NCBI RefSeq assembly: GCF_009914755.1
Contig: NC_060930.1
DNA from: the human T2T-CHM13v2.0 reference genome, Homo sapiens
DNA length: 64,000 nucleotides
Strand: one strand, 5' to 3'
In this document: positions 41,290-55,400 of the stretch, piece after piece
Position numbering within the stretch: the first letter of the stretch is position 1
How the letters are laid out: every line of letters begins with the position of its first letter
Translations under genes and position numbers: made by a program
The notes under the pieces: generated by a model
Told to the model about the DNA's origin: nothing
Database searches by the model: none
The model's input: only the letters and a program-made list of their open reading frames with translations

Positions 41290-44200
41290 TCTGTCTATTG
41301 TTGAAAATAAAATATTAAAATCTCATGCTATTGTTGTGTTGCAGTCTATGTCTCTCTTTAGATCTCTTAATGTTTGCTTTATATATTTATGTGTTCTGAT
41401 TTTGATGCATATATATTTATAATTTACATATCCTCTTAGCAATTGACCCTTTCATCACTGCATCAGTAATCTTCTTTGTCTCTTTTTACAGTCTTGAACT
41501 AAAGTCAATTTTTTTCTGAAATAGGAATAGCTATCCCTGTCTCTTTTGGTTTCCATTTGCATGGAATAATCTTTTTATCCCTTAACTTTCAGCCTGTGAG
41601 TATCATTTAAGGTGAATTAGTGAGTCTTTTATAAGAATAGGCAGCATGTAGTTGAGTCTTTTTTCCTTAAGCCATTCAGCCACTCTCTTTTTATTGAAAA
41701 GTTTAATTTATTTACATTCAAAATAATTATTGATAGGTAAATGACTTACTAGTATCTTTTTGTCAATTGTTTCTGGTTGTTTGTAGATTCTTTGTTTCTT
41801 TCTTCCTCTCTTGTTTCCTTCTTTTGCAGTTTGATGGCTTTCTTTCGTAGTATGCTTTGAATCACTCTTTTTGTCTTTTGTGTATACATTATAGACTTTT
41901 GTGATTACCCCGGGATAAAGCATCTTATCCTTATAACAGATTATTTTCACTTGATATCAACTTAATTTTAATCACATACACAAAGTCTATGCTTATACAC
42001 CACATCCTCCCATTTTTTATTTCTTATGTCAAAACTTACATCTTTTTATATTTTGTATCTCTTAACAAATAATTGTAGCTTTCACTGTTTTTAATATTTT
42101 TGCATTTTAACATTTATACTAGAGATATAATCGATTTGTCCACCACCATTACAGTATTAGAGTGTTTTGGATTTGACAATGTACTTACCAGTGAGTTTTG
42201 TGGTTTTATATGTTTTTATGTTACTAATTAGCATCCATTTTCTTTACCTTAAAAAATTCCATTCCACATTTCTTGTAATGTAGACATAGTGGTGATAAGC
42301 TCTCAGCTTTTGTCTGAGAAAGTCTTTATCATCCCTTCATTTTTGAAAGACATGATTGCTGAGTATAGTATTCTTGATTGGCAGTATTTTTCTTTCAGGA
42401 TATTGAATATATCATCCCACTCTCTTCTGACCTGCAAGATTTCTGCTGAAAAATCTGCTAGTAGTCTTATAAATGTTCTCTTATATGTTACAATTCACTT
42501 TTCCCTTCCTGCTTTCAAAACTCTCTCTTTGTCTTGAACTTTTGATAATTTAATTATGATGTGTCTCAGTGTGCCTATGGATTCATCTTATTTGGTGTCT
42601 GTTGAGCTTTCTGCATCTGGATTTCTATTTCCTTCCCCAGTCTTGGAAAGTTTTCTACCATTACTTCTTTGAAAATATTTCTGTCCCTTTCTCTGTTTCT
42701 TCTCTTTCTGGAATGCCAATGATGCATAAGTTGTTCTTGATAGTGTCCTATAATCTCTTAAGCTATCTTCAATCTTTTTCATTCTTTTTCTTTTTACTCC
42801 TCAGATTGGATGATTTCCAGTGACCTGTCTTTGAGTTCACTGATTTTTTCTTCTGCTTGATCTATTGACATCCTCAGCTTTATGATTTTTGTTTGGTATT
42901 TTTAAATTTTTTGTATCTCTTTGTTGAAATTCTCAGTTTGCTTTTACCTTGCTCCCCTAGCTTAATGAGCATCTTTATGACAAGTATCATGAATTCCCTG
43001 TTGGGTAAATCATACATCTCCATTTCACTTGAGTTTGTTTCCAGAGATTTATCTTGTTCTTTTATTGGGAATACATTGCTCTGTTTCTTTATTTTCCTTG
43101 ATTCTCTGGATTGGCTTCTGCATACTAGATAAGACAACTGCCTCTTTCAGTCCTGTTAGACTTGGCTTGTATAGGAGAAGGATCTCACAAATCTATCCAC
43201 TGAAAGATTTTAAGGTTTCTCTCAAATCTTTGTGTTTGTTCAAACTGCACTCTCTCTTTCTGATGACCTCCAACAAACGGTTATCTTTGTTTTTGATTAG
43301 GATGTGCCATGTCCTGTTAATACCCTGAGATCAGTAAGGTAAAAGCCAGGTTCTTTAGATATAGCTGGAAATGTTAATGCCTTGAATGTGTATTCCAGTT
43401 GCTTTTATCCTCACGGTGAAGTTGAGTGTGGGTGTTTACCTCCCACTCTTTCTGCACTAAGCTGAGGAGAGGATCTTTGGCAAATGCCCTGTATTCACAT
43501 TTAGGTTACACCCTCTGACCTTGCAAAGATAGCTACTGGAAGCACGTCTTTCGCATGCTCACCTCTTTGCTTTCTTTGGTCCAGGGACACTCAGGATTGC
43601 TATAACTTCCAGAGCTGGTTCATTTTGGAGACAGCCCGTTGGTGAGAGCTCTATAATTTGTGGACTCAGTGTGTGGACAAACTTCCTCCAGAAAGAATGA
43701 ATAGACCCAGATTTATCACTGAGGCAACTGAGAGGAAAGGCTTGGGAAGTGCCAGGCTCCTGCTCAGGTTACTGGAGGGCTACTGTTTGTTCCATTAATG
43801 ACCCAATGCAAGCAGTTAGACGCTGGGCCATAAAAACCACTGGAAGAGTGTGTAGTAAGCCCCTTTAGAGAGAAAGTGAGAGTTGTGCCTTTCAGCCACT
43901 TTTCTACACTGCTGTCAGGGTGAGTAGTCCCTGGAAGTGTTTGCATACCTGGTAAAAAATCACCTTTTTATTCTGTGACCTATGGAGACTTGCATATGCC
44001 TAGTCCTTTCTGCTCCCAAAGCTAGGAGATTTGTGGTCCAGTGCCTTGGGTGTGTAGCTATAATAATTGGGTCAATTGCATAAACAAACTCCTTCCAGGA
44101 GCAATTTGTAGACCTTGAGATACTGCTGGGTCAGGCTGAGGGAGAAAAGCACAAGCAGTGCTGAACTGCAGCTCAGGCCACTGCAGGGCTATTGTTTGTT

Positions 44201-45070
44201 TAGCCATTTAACTTCTGGATAAAAGTTAGTTAGAAGCCAGGTAATCAAGTAGACACTGGAAGAGTGTGCCAAAAATCCTTTCCTGGGAGAAAGAGAGCTT
44301 CACTTTTTTAGCTCCTACTCCATACTGCTCCTGGGAGGTGTAGCCCCTGAAAGTAGTTGCACATCTGTTTTAAACCAGCTCTTTTTTCTGTGATCTAGAG
44401 GGACTCAAACATGTCCAGTTCTCTCTCTCCAGAGCAAGGAGGTTAGAATGAAGTCCCTTGGGTAGGAACTGTAAAATTTGGGGCACTTGATGAGTGGACA
44501 AACTTTCAGAGGAAATTGGTAGACCTGAAGTTGTCTCTAGTGTGAGCTGGCGGAGAAAAATCAGGAAGATGCTGCTTCTCAGTCTGCCAGCAAGTTACTG
44601 TTTTTGTGTGCCTCTTCAACTCCTCCATGAAAGTTAATTAGAATACCTGTCCTTAAGTAGTTAAGGAAAGAGTGTGTTACAAACTCCTTCCAGAAGAAAT
44701 AGAAAGCTTCATTTTTGAGATCTTCCTCTGTATTTCTCCAAGGAAATGAAGCCCTCGAAATGCTTGTGCCGACATATAAAACCACTAATTTTTCCTGTGG
44801 TCTAGAGAGACTCATATATGCCTAGTCCCCTCTCCTCCCAGACTTAATGACTTTAAAGACTATGGGGAACCTTAGAGTTGGGGTGCTATATGTGAGGTCA
44901 AAGCCCTCCTCTCCACAGGGAGGTAATGGGTGTTGGTGATTCCTTTCCCAATTGTATAGCACAGTGCCCAGGGTGGGGTCTGTGCCCAAGTGTGCCTCAA
45001 CTTTTCCTACTTGTTTGATGTGGATGTTTTCTCAGTTGCCTGGTGGGTAGAGGTTTTTTAAACTGCTTTT

Positions 45071-45133
45071 AAAAAAAGTTTTGTTTTATTTTGGAATGAC
45101 ACATCATAATAATTGTACATATTTATGAGGTAC
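45071..45133 (-). mobile_element. Tiny L1MA 3'-end insertion inside the older L1 5'UTR
   Basis: tgacacatcataataattgtacatatttatgaggtac flanked by aactgcttt and aactggttt. Confidence 0.6.
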
Positions 45134-45449
45134 AACTGGTTTCTGTTTTTCTCTCAGAGGGGAGTGATCCATGAAGATGCTAAGTCAGTACATCATAAAT
45201 GGAGAGAGTCAGAAGCCTCCTATTCCTCCATGTTGCTGATGTCATTCCCCCATGATTTATTTTTAAATGCATTTCTCCTTTTACCAAAATGTTTGTTTGC
45301 CCTATACTGTTTTGAATCCAACAATATTTCCAGACTCTCTTATTTTCTATAATAATTCATCCAAAACTATTTTGTATTTTTTTACAGTCAAGTTACTTTT
45401 GGAGAGTGACTTTTTTTTGCAATTATCTTATACAGTATTTTCTTGGATA

Positions 45450-45679
45450 GAAGAGAGCCACAATCCAAGGAATTCAGACAGCCTCTAGAAGCTGGAAAAG
45501 ATTATAAGAAAGTGGATTCTTCCCTAGAGCCTCTGGAAGCAGTATAGCTCTGCCAATACCTTGATGTTAGCTCAGTGAGGCCCACATCAGACTTTTGACC
45601 TCCAGGACTGTAATACATTTGTTTTTCTTAAACCTGTCAGTTTGTGGTAATTTGTTATAGCAGCAGTAAAACTAATGCA
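45450..45679 (+). mobile_element. MLT1 LTR 3' half
   Basis: ccaaggaattcagacagcctctagaagctggaaaag...tttgtggtaatttgttatagcagcagtaaaactaatgca. Confidence 0.85.
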
Positions 45680-45779
45680 GGATATATTAAAATATTTTCT
45701 TTCTTTTAATTTTATCATTAGATTCTGATGTTCATTGTTTCTGCTGATTTGATATTAATTAAGGCTTTTCACCAGTATC

Positions 45780-46440
45780 CCAGATCTCTTATCTTTCTGG
45801 GCAAATGATATGATTTGACTTCTCTGTCCTTTTGAAAGTTTGATGTGTTCTACTGAGATCCTAACCAGTAATATGGGAAGATAAATGATGAGTGTACCTT
45901 CCTGTTTGAAGCTTTTAAGCACCAGTACACAGTTTGCTATATTGTCTTCTATTTCTGTTGTAGTCATGGAAACATATAATTGAGCTGCTATCAGCCTGAG
46001 TTCCTGAGTATAATACCAGAAGTATGACTGTTGATCAACATTAGATATGTCTAAGTATAAAATAAGTTTTTGTTGTATTTTTCTCTGAGATTTGGGTTTT
46101 TGTTATGAGAATATAAACTATAGTATCCTGACTTATATAGAAATTGGTAGAGGGAATGGGTTCTGCTATAATTTTTTAAAAAATTTCAAATGTGTGGCAT
46201 TGGCTTAATGACCATTGGCCAACAGTGAAAAATATGAGAGGCAAAAAGAATTGCTATTTTTGTAATGCATGTAACCATGAATGCATGGCAAATTGTTGTC
46301 TAAAATAATTTTCAAGGCAGAAAATATACCTAATGATCATGTGTCTCTAAAGGATAATGTTGGGAAATAATATATAAGTAATGTCTGTTAGTTACATTTG
46401 ATATTATAATAAATAGAAAAGCTTAAAGAAAGAATTGGTC
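45780..46440 (+). mobile_element. Old MLT1 LTR plus start of its internal sequence
   Basis: ctgagatttgggtttttgtta...tatcctgacttatata followed by gaaattggtagagggaatggg, the MaLR LTR-internal junction. Confidence 0.6.
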
Positions 46441-46599
46441 TTAGAGCAGGTCATTTCATCTTGTTCTTTTCTCTAAGTGTGTCTTGGTTTTATTGCCCTT
46501 TGATTTCCCATATTTCAGTGCCAAATTTCAAGACAGGCATTTTTTTCTTGCTGAACTAATGAGGACATTTAAACAAATTTATTGTTGTTGTTATTATTA

Positions 46600-46680
46600 A
46601 ACATTTTTAATTTTTAACTTTTGTAGCTATATAGTAGGTGTATATATTTATGGGGTACATGAGATGTTTTAATATAGGTA
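46600..46680 (-). mobile_element. Short L1MA 3'-end fragment
   Basis: tttttaacttttgtagctatatagtaggtgtatatatttatggggtacatgagatgtttt. Confidence 0.75.
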
Positions 46681-47134
46681 GACAGAGGGCATTTATTTAT
46701 AATTAATCCTTATACTGTGGCTGGAGTCCTTTGAGGTCCCAATTTTATGAGAGTCTCCTATTAGACTTCCCATGTTACATATACCCTTAGCTGTGTCCTC
46801 TGCTTTCCAGTCTTAATGAAGAAAGGAAATCAATGTATAAATTAGTCCTCACATGTCAACTCACAGATACAGTTGAGAAGATGTTATTCATAAGAAGGAT
46901 GAAATATGTATCTGGTTCATCATGTTGCTGGAAATGAGAGTCCCTAAAAACAATGTTTTGGAAGGAATTAACTAATCATTTAAGAATAACTAATAATAAC
47001 TAATCATTTAAGAAACTGCCGTTTCTTAAATGATTGAAATGACTTCATCCCTATTTCCCCTTTGTTTATTGTCATATTTTACATGCCCTCCATGTAAGCT
47101 CTTTTAGTCTCATATAGAAAGGTCATTTCTCACT

Positions 47135-47285
47135 GTTTTTGTAAATGTAAGATAATGTTAATATCTTAATGATATTAAGATACATGTAAGATATTAAGAT
47201 ACATTAAGATATTAATGTTACTTAATGTTATTAAGATACATTACATTAAGATAATGTAAGATAAATGTAAATAAATGTTATTAAG
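47135..47285. repeat. AT-rich degenerate tandem repeat (taagata/taatgt units)
   Basis: Repeated gtaagataatgtt, attaagatacat and taagatattaa. Confidence 0.8.
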
Positions 47286-48395
47286 TGTGTAAAATCTGTA
47301 TCTACACAGTTCATCAAGGACTTTAACTCCATGAGTCATTTACTCTATTCAGACTCATACCAGAACATTTATGCCAAACCCTTCAATGTTAGGGCATAGA
47401 TTATCCAATTTGATAGGAAACTCTATTGGCTTCACAACACCAGAGGTTGCAATATAAGACACATTGGGAGTAAATGGACAGTAAATGACATACTGAGAAA
47501 TGTCTTAAGTCTGCCTCTATTATGGAATCAAAGGGAAATTCCTTCTGTAATATTTCCTTTAGGCCTAGCATAATATTAAAACCCCAAGGAAATTTAATTT
47601 GGTTTCAGTATCCTTTGAAATTATTCTTTTAATTAAAAGTATATATTTTCCTTCAGGCCTTATTTTAAAACACTAAGTGAATCCTTGTTGCTTCTCCCAG
47701 AAATATAAAATGAAAATGAAAATGAAAATGTTATCCTTTTATTATGACACCTGCAAAATTAATTCTTTCTCTATGGATAGGTAAGGGGCACTGGTATGCT
47801 TATAAATAAAAGTCTTTTTCTTTAAATTTCCTGTTTTCTATAATAAGTTTAAAGTCAAATTTGAGCTCTTACTTGGCAGTGGAAGAGTAAGCCAACATTC
47901 CAGTAGATCAGTCAATTTCAGACTTCTGTTCTTGAGCCCTAGGAAAAAGTTTTAAAGGCATGAAATAGCAGTGAGGGCATTGCCTCCAGATAATGATTTA
48001 TGCAAATGTTATATTCATTTGTATAAGAAATGGAATTGTTGTACCATCTTCCTCAATTTATGATCTTCCGCCTCAGCATGAGAGGACTAGGAAGACAAAT
48101 ATTAAGTGGTTAAAATAATGAATGGAGGATATTAAATGTCATCATAGAAAAAACAGAAAAAGAATATTATACCTATAGCTTGCAACACTGTAGAAAGCCC
48201 ATATTTGACTGCTGATAATGCTTCCCAAGTGGCAACTTAGTCACTTTTAAATCTTTTAACTGTTTCTTCCCTGACTGTCTTTACATCTCTAAATAATATG
48301 CTCATATAGTTAGCTTAAACTTTATTAATTTTGTGCCCTCTAAATGGATTTCTTACTATGCTGGCTTATTTATATCATCTCAGCCCCACTCCCGC

Positions 48396-48600
48396 ATTTA
48401 TTCATTCAAGAAATATTTACTGAGTGCACACAATGAGTGAGGTCATGGGGTTACAAAAATTAATGAGACAAAGTCCCTGCTCTCAAAGAGCATATGGCCC
48501 ACTGATGGGAGAGATCAGCATGCAAATGAATTAATGAGAAAATTCAAATGTTGATGAATGAAATGAAGACAGTAAAGCGTGGTAATGTTAAAGAAAAAAT
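48396..48600 (-). mobile_element. L2 3' end
   Basis: atttattcattcaagaaatatttactgagtgcac...gacaaagtccctgctctcaaagagc. Confidence 0.75.
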
Positions 48601-49019
48601 GGAGTTTTCAACAAAAAAGTAACTGCTTTCCATCTTTCTGTCCTACTATCCTCAGCATACTGTCTTTGTCCAGCTGTGTTTCTGTTGACAGTGTGGAAAA
48701 ATAGCCTTCACGATTCTAGGCTCACACACTCACGGGAATATCTAGAGTTTTATTTTTATTTCTCTGTTTTTGTACTAAAAATTTTTTCCCTGGAAGCCAT
48801 TTTGCAGACTTCCTGTTCTTTGTCTTCCTCCTAAACCAATTATTAGCAAGAGCAATGGAATTACTGTGATTGGTTTCAATAATCAAAATTTACCTTCAAA
48901 GTAGGAAATAAGATCACCATTCCTAGATCATCTATGAGAGAGGTAAAAACTTAAATAGAAAAAGCAGGTTGGCTTTTAAAAACGTGTCAGCTGCAGTTTT
49001 TTCATTTGTTTGTCTGGAG

Positions 49020-49600
49020 CACATTGCCATAAGTAGTGTCTTAAAAAGAATTGTGTGAGGGTAAATTTTCTGGGCTTCTGCATGTGTGAACATGTCTCAA
49101 TTTTACTTTCCAAAGTCTTGATAATTGTCTAGTTAATGGACCTCTAGGATGAAAAAGTGTTTCTTCAGAACTTGAAGCAATTGCTCTATGTCTACAGGTT
49201 GCAGTGGTAAACATTTTCTTCTGCATTTTTAAGTGATCATTTAATTCTGGACACTTTCGCATCTAGGTTCTTATGACCTTCTTCCACTCTGAGATATTTT
49301 TTGTTGTTCTGCTTAAATAATAACTTCCTCTCATCTCTTTCTTGGCTCTTTCTTTCTAGAATTTATATTAATTGCATGTTTGATGTCCTGAATTGGTCTT
49401 CTAAGGTTTTTATTGTTTATCTTTTCTCTTGCATTTTTACCTCTTTTTAATTGTTTAGGCTTGGGGGATACAATTTTCATGTTATCATTAAATTCTGAGT
49501 TGAATTTTTATTTCGGTAATCATATTATTTATTTCCATGACCTCTTTTATTTACTTTATTTATTTCTCATTACAGATTATTCTTTTCCAGTTATGGACAC
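49020..49600 (-). mobile_element. Old L1M ORF1-region fragment
   Basis: ctaggatgaaaaagtgtttcttcagaacttgaagcaattgctc; tgtttgatgtcctgaattggtc. Confidence 0.55.
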
Positions 49601-51154
49601 AATATCTCCTCTATTTTAAACTACATTTATACTAAAGTCAATTCTCTCACTATTTACTGCTGATAGATAATGTAGTCCTTACCTTTCTGAATTGACTAAA
49701 GGACTGTAGGAAACTTTAGTGGCTCTATTTCTATACACAGATATTATCTTGGAAAAACTATTTCTGTTAGGCTGCCATACAAATTTAGGAACATTGGAGA
49801 ATGATATATGCAATGGCCAACAACATATGATAGCCCAGACGATTTCAGTTGTGTGGTTGTGGGGACACCACCAAGATTTACCATTGTCAAAACTGCTAAA
49901 AAGCTGGATTTATGTTGAATGTTTTCCCAGCTCTTTTTCTCTTCCCTATTCGGTACTGACATTTCCTCAATCTTTCCCATCCCCAGATTGATCACTGCCT
50001 TCATATTGCATACTCTGAGACCCTACTAAGGCCTTTCTGTCCTCAAAATTCAGCTAGAATACTTATACCATACTTCGTCTATCAAATCTGCTAATACATA
50101 GCAAGAAACAAATCAAAATTAACTGATTAATTCATGTCAAAGTGTGAATGATTGATGGCCCAAAGAGAGGTCTTGAAAACTCAATAATCTTTAATTGGCA
50201 TAATTGAGAGGGAAGAATATTTTTAAGAGCCTTTTTAGGGCTTCTTGCTTTCTCTAGGCAGACTCTCAGAAGCTCTGTCCCAGACACATTAAAGCAGTAA
50301 TCAGCAACTTAATGTCTTGATTCTGAAAGAGCCTTATTATACCAAAAGTGATATGTAAATGTATTCATTTGCTATAAATCTACATATGTGTTATAGAGAT
50401 AATTATAAACATCCACTGTTTTCAGACAGAAGAATATATCTGTCTTTCCGTGTTTTTCAGAATCCTAGTAAAAATGACTAATCTCTACACAATAAAATCT
50501 ATGGGAGAGAAAGAAGTATACCTGATACCTGATTTCTTCCTCAAAAACATCTGGTGTCATTTTTAGTCCAACCTGAAGTCCTTGCAAATGTTAACTAAAT
50601 GAATTTCTTAGCTAGAAGACACATGAAGGTCTTACCTGCATTTTTAAACACCTGACCAATGACCTAGATATGCATTAGGAGTATGGATTTCTGGTTGTTC
50701 AATCTGTTTATGTAAACAAACTTGCAATATATGACCACAGGTACACTGAAGAATGAAGGTTAGTTATGTAACCTGAATGGAGCTTGATGACTAGCATAAC
50801 ACACAAAGTGTACAGACCCCCAAATTGAAGAGTTTCCTTTAGTTGAACTTGCCCTCTGTTGACTCATCATAATGGAACCACCACATACCCCAGTGTAGGA
50901 AACAGACTCAAGAATGTGATAGTTCAAGGCCTCTGCTACACGCTGCTGCAAGTGTTGCATCTTTTGCTAGCCAGCAATGAAGGCTGGTGCTGGGTAAAAC
51001 TTGTGTTTTGGGAGAAATTATTTGATGATCTCTGTTTTTGTGATTATGCAGTCTGTGTTTTTGAAAACACTATTTAAAATGTCTTTTTAAAAATGTATTC
51101 AGGCAAACACACACATCCCATACTGTATTTTAATATAAACACAGGACAGCAATT

Positions 51155-51385
51155 AGTGCATAACTGAAAGAATAAGGATTTTGGAGTTGGACATGGACTT
51201 GAATCTGATTTTTATCATTAATGCATGTATACATTTTAGCAAGTTACTTACCTCTCTGAATTTCAGTTTTCTCATTAGCAAGAGGAGGACATATTAGTCA
51301 TCTTAATAAACTATGGCAATTAAATAAGATAATTTTTGATGGTACCTTTAGTCTTATCAAATAGTAGATTCTTAAATACATAATT
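51155..51385 (+). mobile_element. MIR
   Basis: gcaagttacttacctctctgaatttcagttttctcatt. Confidence 0.75.
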
Positions 51386-51580
51386 TCCTCCTCTTTATTT
51401 CTCATACTTGTAAACTAGTCTTTTCTAGCACAGATGTTACACTGTTACATCCCTGTATAAATAAACATACCCAATTATGCACATTCTGACATAAATATGT
51501 GATTTGGTGAGTATAAATAACAATAAAAATAGGAAGACAGAAAAAGTAAGATTTGTTTAAAATGTAAAAATCAATGGTAA

Positions 51581-51973
<393 letters not shown>

Positions 51974-52459
51974 TAGATCTAGGTTTTCATACTAGAATTA
52001 CTTTTAATCATGTACTCTATGCATTTCCATATACAACCCACTTGTAGTTAATATGCTAATCTCATGCCTCTATTCATCTCTGTGTAACCTAGGATGTTCC
52101 ATTGCCTATAATGACCTTTTAATGTCTGCCATACAAACATAGAATGTGAGGATTTAAAATGAAGAAATCCGTTGGTTGCTATTTACAAGAACAGGGAAAT
52201 GGAAAGTATTTGTTGTTGGTATTATTGAAAGAACATTGGTGTTATTGATGTTTTTTGAAAGAATGTTATTGACATAATTCCCAGGAAGATGTGTCTAACA
52301 ATCATAATTGCATATGGTATACCATCTAGTGGTATGAGATATTTATAATTCTACATATGTATATATATTCACATGCTTAATTATCTCCAATTATAATTTT
52401 AGCCATATTGGGCGCATTGAACTATTTTCGGGTAACTCCTTTCCTTTTTTAAAAAATTT

Positions 52460-55400
52460 ACGTGTTTACTTTTTTTCCTTCAACTTTTAAGTTTTGGGGT
52501 ACATGTGCAGGATGTGCAGGTTTGCTATGTAGGTAAACGCAGGACATGGTGGTTTGCTGCACAGATCAACCCATCACCTAAGTTTTAGGCCCAGCTTCCA
52601 TTAGCTATTCTTCCTGATGCTCTCTCTCATCCCAAACCCCCTCCAGCTGGCTCTCCAGGGTGTGTTGCTCCCCACTATGTGTCCATAGATTCTCATCATT
52701 CAGCTCCCACTTATAAGTGAGAACATGTGGTGTTTGGATGGCTACCGGCTCCATCTATGTACCTAAAAAAGAACATGATCTTGTTCCTTTTTTTGGCTGC
52801 ATAGTATTCCATGGTGAATATGTACCACTTTTTTTTATCTAGTCTATCACTGATAGGCATTAGGTTGATTCCATATCTTTGTTATTGTGAATAGTGCTGC
52901 AATGAACATATACGTGACTGTATCTTTATAATGGAATGATTTATATTCCTTTGGGTATATACCTAGTAATGAGATTTCTCTTTGGCTGTGAGTTTGTCAT
53001 CCATGGCTCTTATTATTTTGAGCTATGTTCCTTCAATACCTAGTTTATTGAGAGTTTTTAACATGAAGAGCTTTTCTGCATCTAGTGAGATAATTGTGTG
53101 GTTTTTGTCTTTAGTTTTGCTTGTGTGATGAATTACATTTATTGATTTGTGAATGTTGAACCAACCTTGCATCATGAGGATAAAGCCAACGCGATCATGG
53201 TGGATAAGCTTTTTGGTGTGCTGCTGAATTCAATTTGCCAGTATTTTATTGAGGATTTTTGCATCGATGTTCGTCAGGGATATTAACCTGAAGTTTTTTG
53301 TTGTTGTTGTTGTTGTTGTTATTGTTGTTGTTGTATCTCTGCCACGTTTTGGTGTCAGAATGATGCTGGCCTCATAAAATGAGTTAGGGAGGAGTCCCTC
53401 CTTTTTAATTTTTTGGAATGGTTTCAGTAGAAATGGTATCAGCTCTTCTTTGTACCTCTGGTAGAATTCTGCTGTAAATTTATCTGGTCGTAGGCTATTT
53501 ATTACTGCCTCAATTTCAGAACTGGTTATTGGTCTTTTCAGGGATTCCATTTCTTCCTGGTTCAGACTTGGGAGGGTGTATGTGTCCAGGAATTTATCAA
53601 TTTCTTCTGGATTTTCTAGTTTATATACATAGAGGTGTTTATAGCATTCTCTGATAGTTGTTTGTATTTCTGTGGGGTCAGTGTTCATATCCCCATTATC
53701 ATTTCTAATTGTGTCTATTTGATTATTTTCTCTCTCTTCTTTAGTAGTCTAGCTAGAAGTCTATCTATTTCATGAATTTTTTTTCAAAAACCAGCTACTG
53801 GATTCTTTGATTTTTTGAAGGGTTTTCAGTGCCTTTATCTACTTCAGTTTTGCTCTGATCTTGGTTATTTCTTGTCTTCTGCTAGCTTTGGGGTTTGTTT
53901 GTTCTTTATTCTTTACTTATTTTAGTTGTGATGTTAGGTTGTCAATTTGAGATCTTTCTAGCTTTTTGATGTGGAAATTTAGTGCTATAAATTTCCCTCT
54001 AACACTTTTTTAGCTGCATCCCAGAGATTCTGGTACATTGTCTTTTTATTCTCATTAGTTTCAAAGAACTTCTTGATTTCTGCCTTAATTTAATTATTTC
54101 CCCAGGAGTCATTCAGGAGAAGATTGTTCAATTACCATGTAGTTGTGTGATTTTGAGGGAGTTTCTTAATCTTGAGTACTAATTTGAGTGCCCTGTGATC
54201 TGAGGGACTTATGATTTCAGTTCCTTTGCATTTGCTGAGGAGTGTTTTACTTCCAATTATGTGATCAATTTTAGAGTAAGTGCTATGTGGCAATGAGAAG
54301 AATGTATATTCTGTTGTTTTTGGATGGAGAGTTCTGTAGATATCTGTTAGGTCCACTTGATCCAGAGCTGATTTCAGGTTTTGAATATCTTTGTTAATTT
54401 TCTGTTTTGATGATCTGTCTAATATTGTCAGTGGGGTGTTAAAGTCTCCCACTATTATTGTGTGGGAGTCTAAATCTCTTTGTAGGTCTCTGAGAACTTG
54501 CTTTATGAATTTGCGTTCCCCTGTATTGGGTGCATATATATTTAGGATAGTTAGCTCTTCTTGTTGAATTGAACCCTTTTCCATTATGTAATGCCCTTTG
54601 TCTTTTTTGATCTTTGTTGGTCTAAAGTCTGTTTTTTTTTTCACAAACTAGAATTGCAACCCCTGCTTTTTTCTGTTTTCCATTTGCTTGGTAAACTTTC
54701 CTCCACTGCTTTATTTTGAGCCTATGTGTGTCTTTGCATGTGAGATGGGTCTTTTGAACACAGCATACCAATGAGTCTTGACTCTATACAGCTTGCCAAA
54801 TTATGTCTTTTAATTGGGACATTTAGCCCCTTTACATTTAAGGTTAATATTTTTCTGTGTGAAGTTGATACTGTCATTATAATGCTAGTTGGCTTTTTTG
54901 CAGACTTGTTTATGTGGTTGCTTCATGTGGTCACTGGTCTGTGTCCTTCAGTGTGGTTTTGTAGTGGCTGGTGATGATTTTTCCATTCCATATTTAGTGC
55001 TTCCTTCAGGAGCTCTTGCAAGGCAGCCATGCTGGTGATGAATTCCTTCAGCATTTGCTTGTTTGAAAAGGATCTTATTTCTCCTTCACTTATGAAACTT
55101 AGTTTGGTCAGATATGAAATTCTGGGTTGAAAATTCTTTTATTTGAGAATGTTGAATATTGGCCCCCAATCTTTTCTGGCTTGTAGGGGTCCACTGTTAG
55201 TCTGATGGGCTTCCCTTTGTAGGTGATCTGGCCTTTCTCTCTGGCTGCCCTTAACATTTTTTTCCTTTATTTCGACCTTGAAGAATCTCGTAGTTATGTG
55301 TCTTGCATTTGATCTTCTTGTAGAGTATCTTACTGGGGTTCTCTGGATTTCCCGAATTTGAATGGTGGCCTGTCTTGCTATGTTGGGGAAGTTCTTCTGG

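Larger units (their letters stand above)
36795..45250 (-). mobile_element. L1MA-like LINE-1 retaining both termini, with an internal ORF2 deletion and a nested THE1
   Basis: L1MA 3' end (aattgacaaataatagcacatatttgtggg), ORF2 piece 37743..37925, ORF1 pieces 42588..43137 and a long 5'UTR. The minus strand begins ggggaatgacatcagcaacatggaggaatagg, a decayed caagatggcg L1 start. Confidence 0.85.

Noticed and set aside
47135-47285. Periodic AT-rich repeat as a CRISPR-like or structured array
   Set aside because: Irregular slippage-type units with no constant repeat-spacer architecture.
50440-51000. Unique region with weak acceptor/donor motifs and short ORFs on both strands
   Set aside because: No well-paired strong splice sites or recognisable peptide; cannot be supported from sequence alone.
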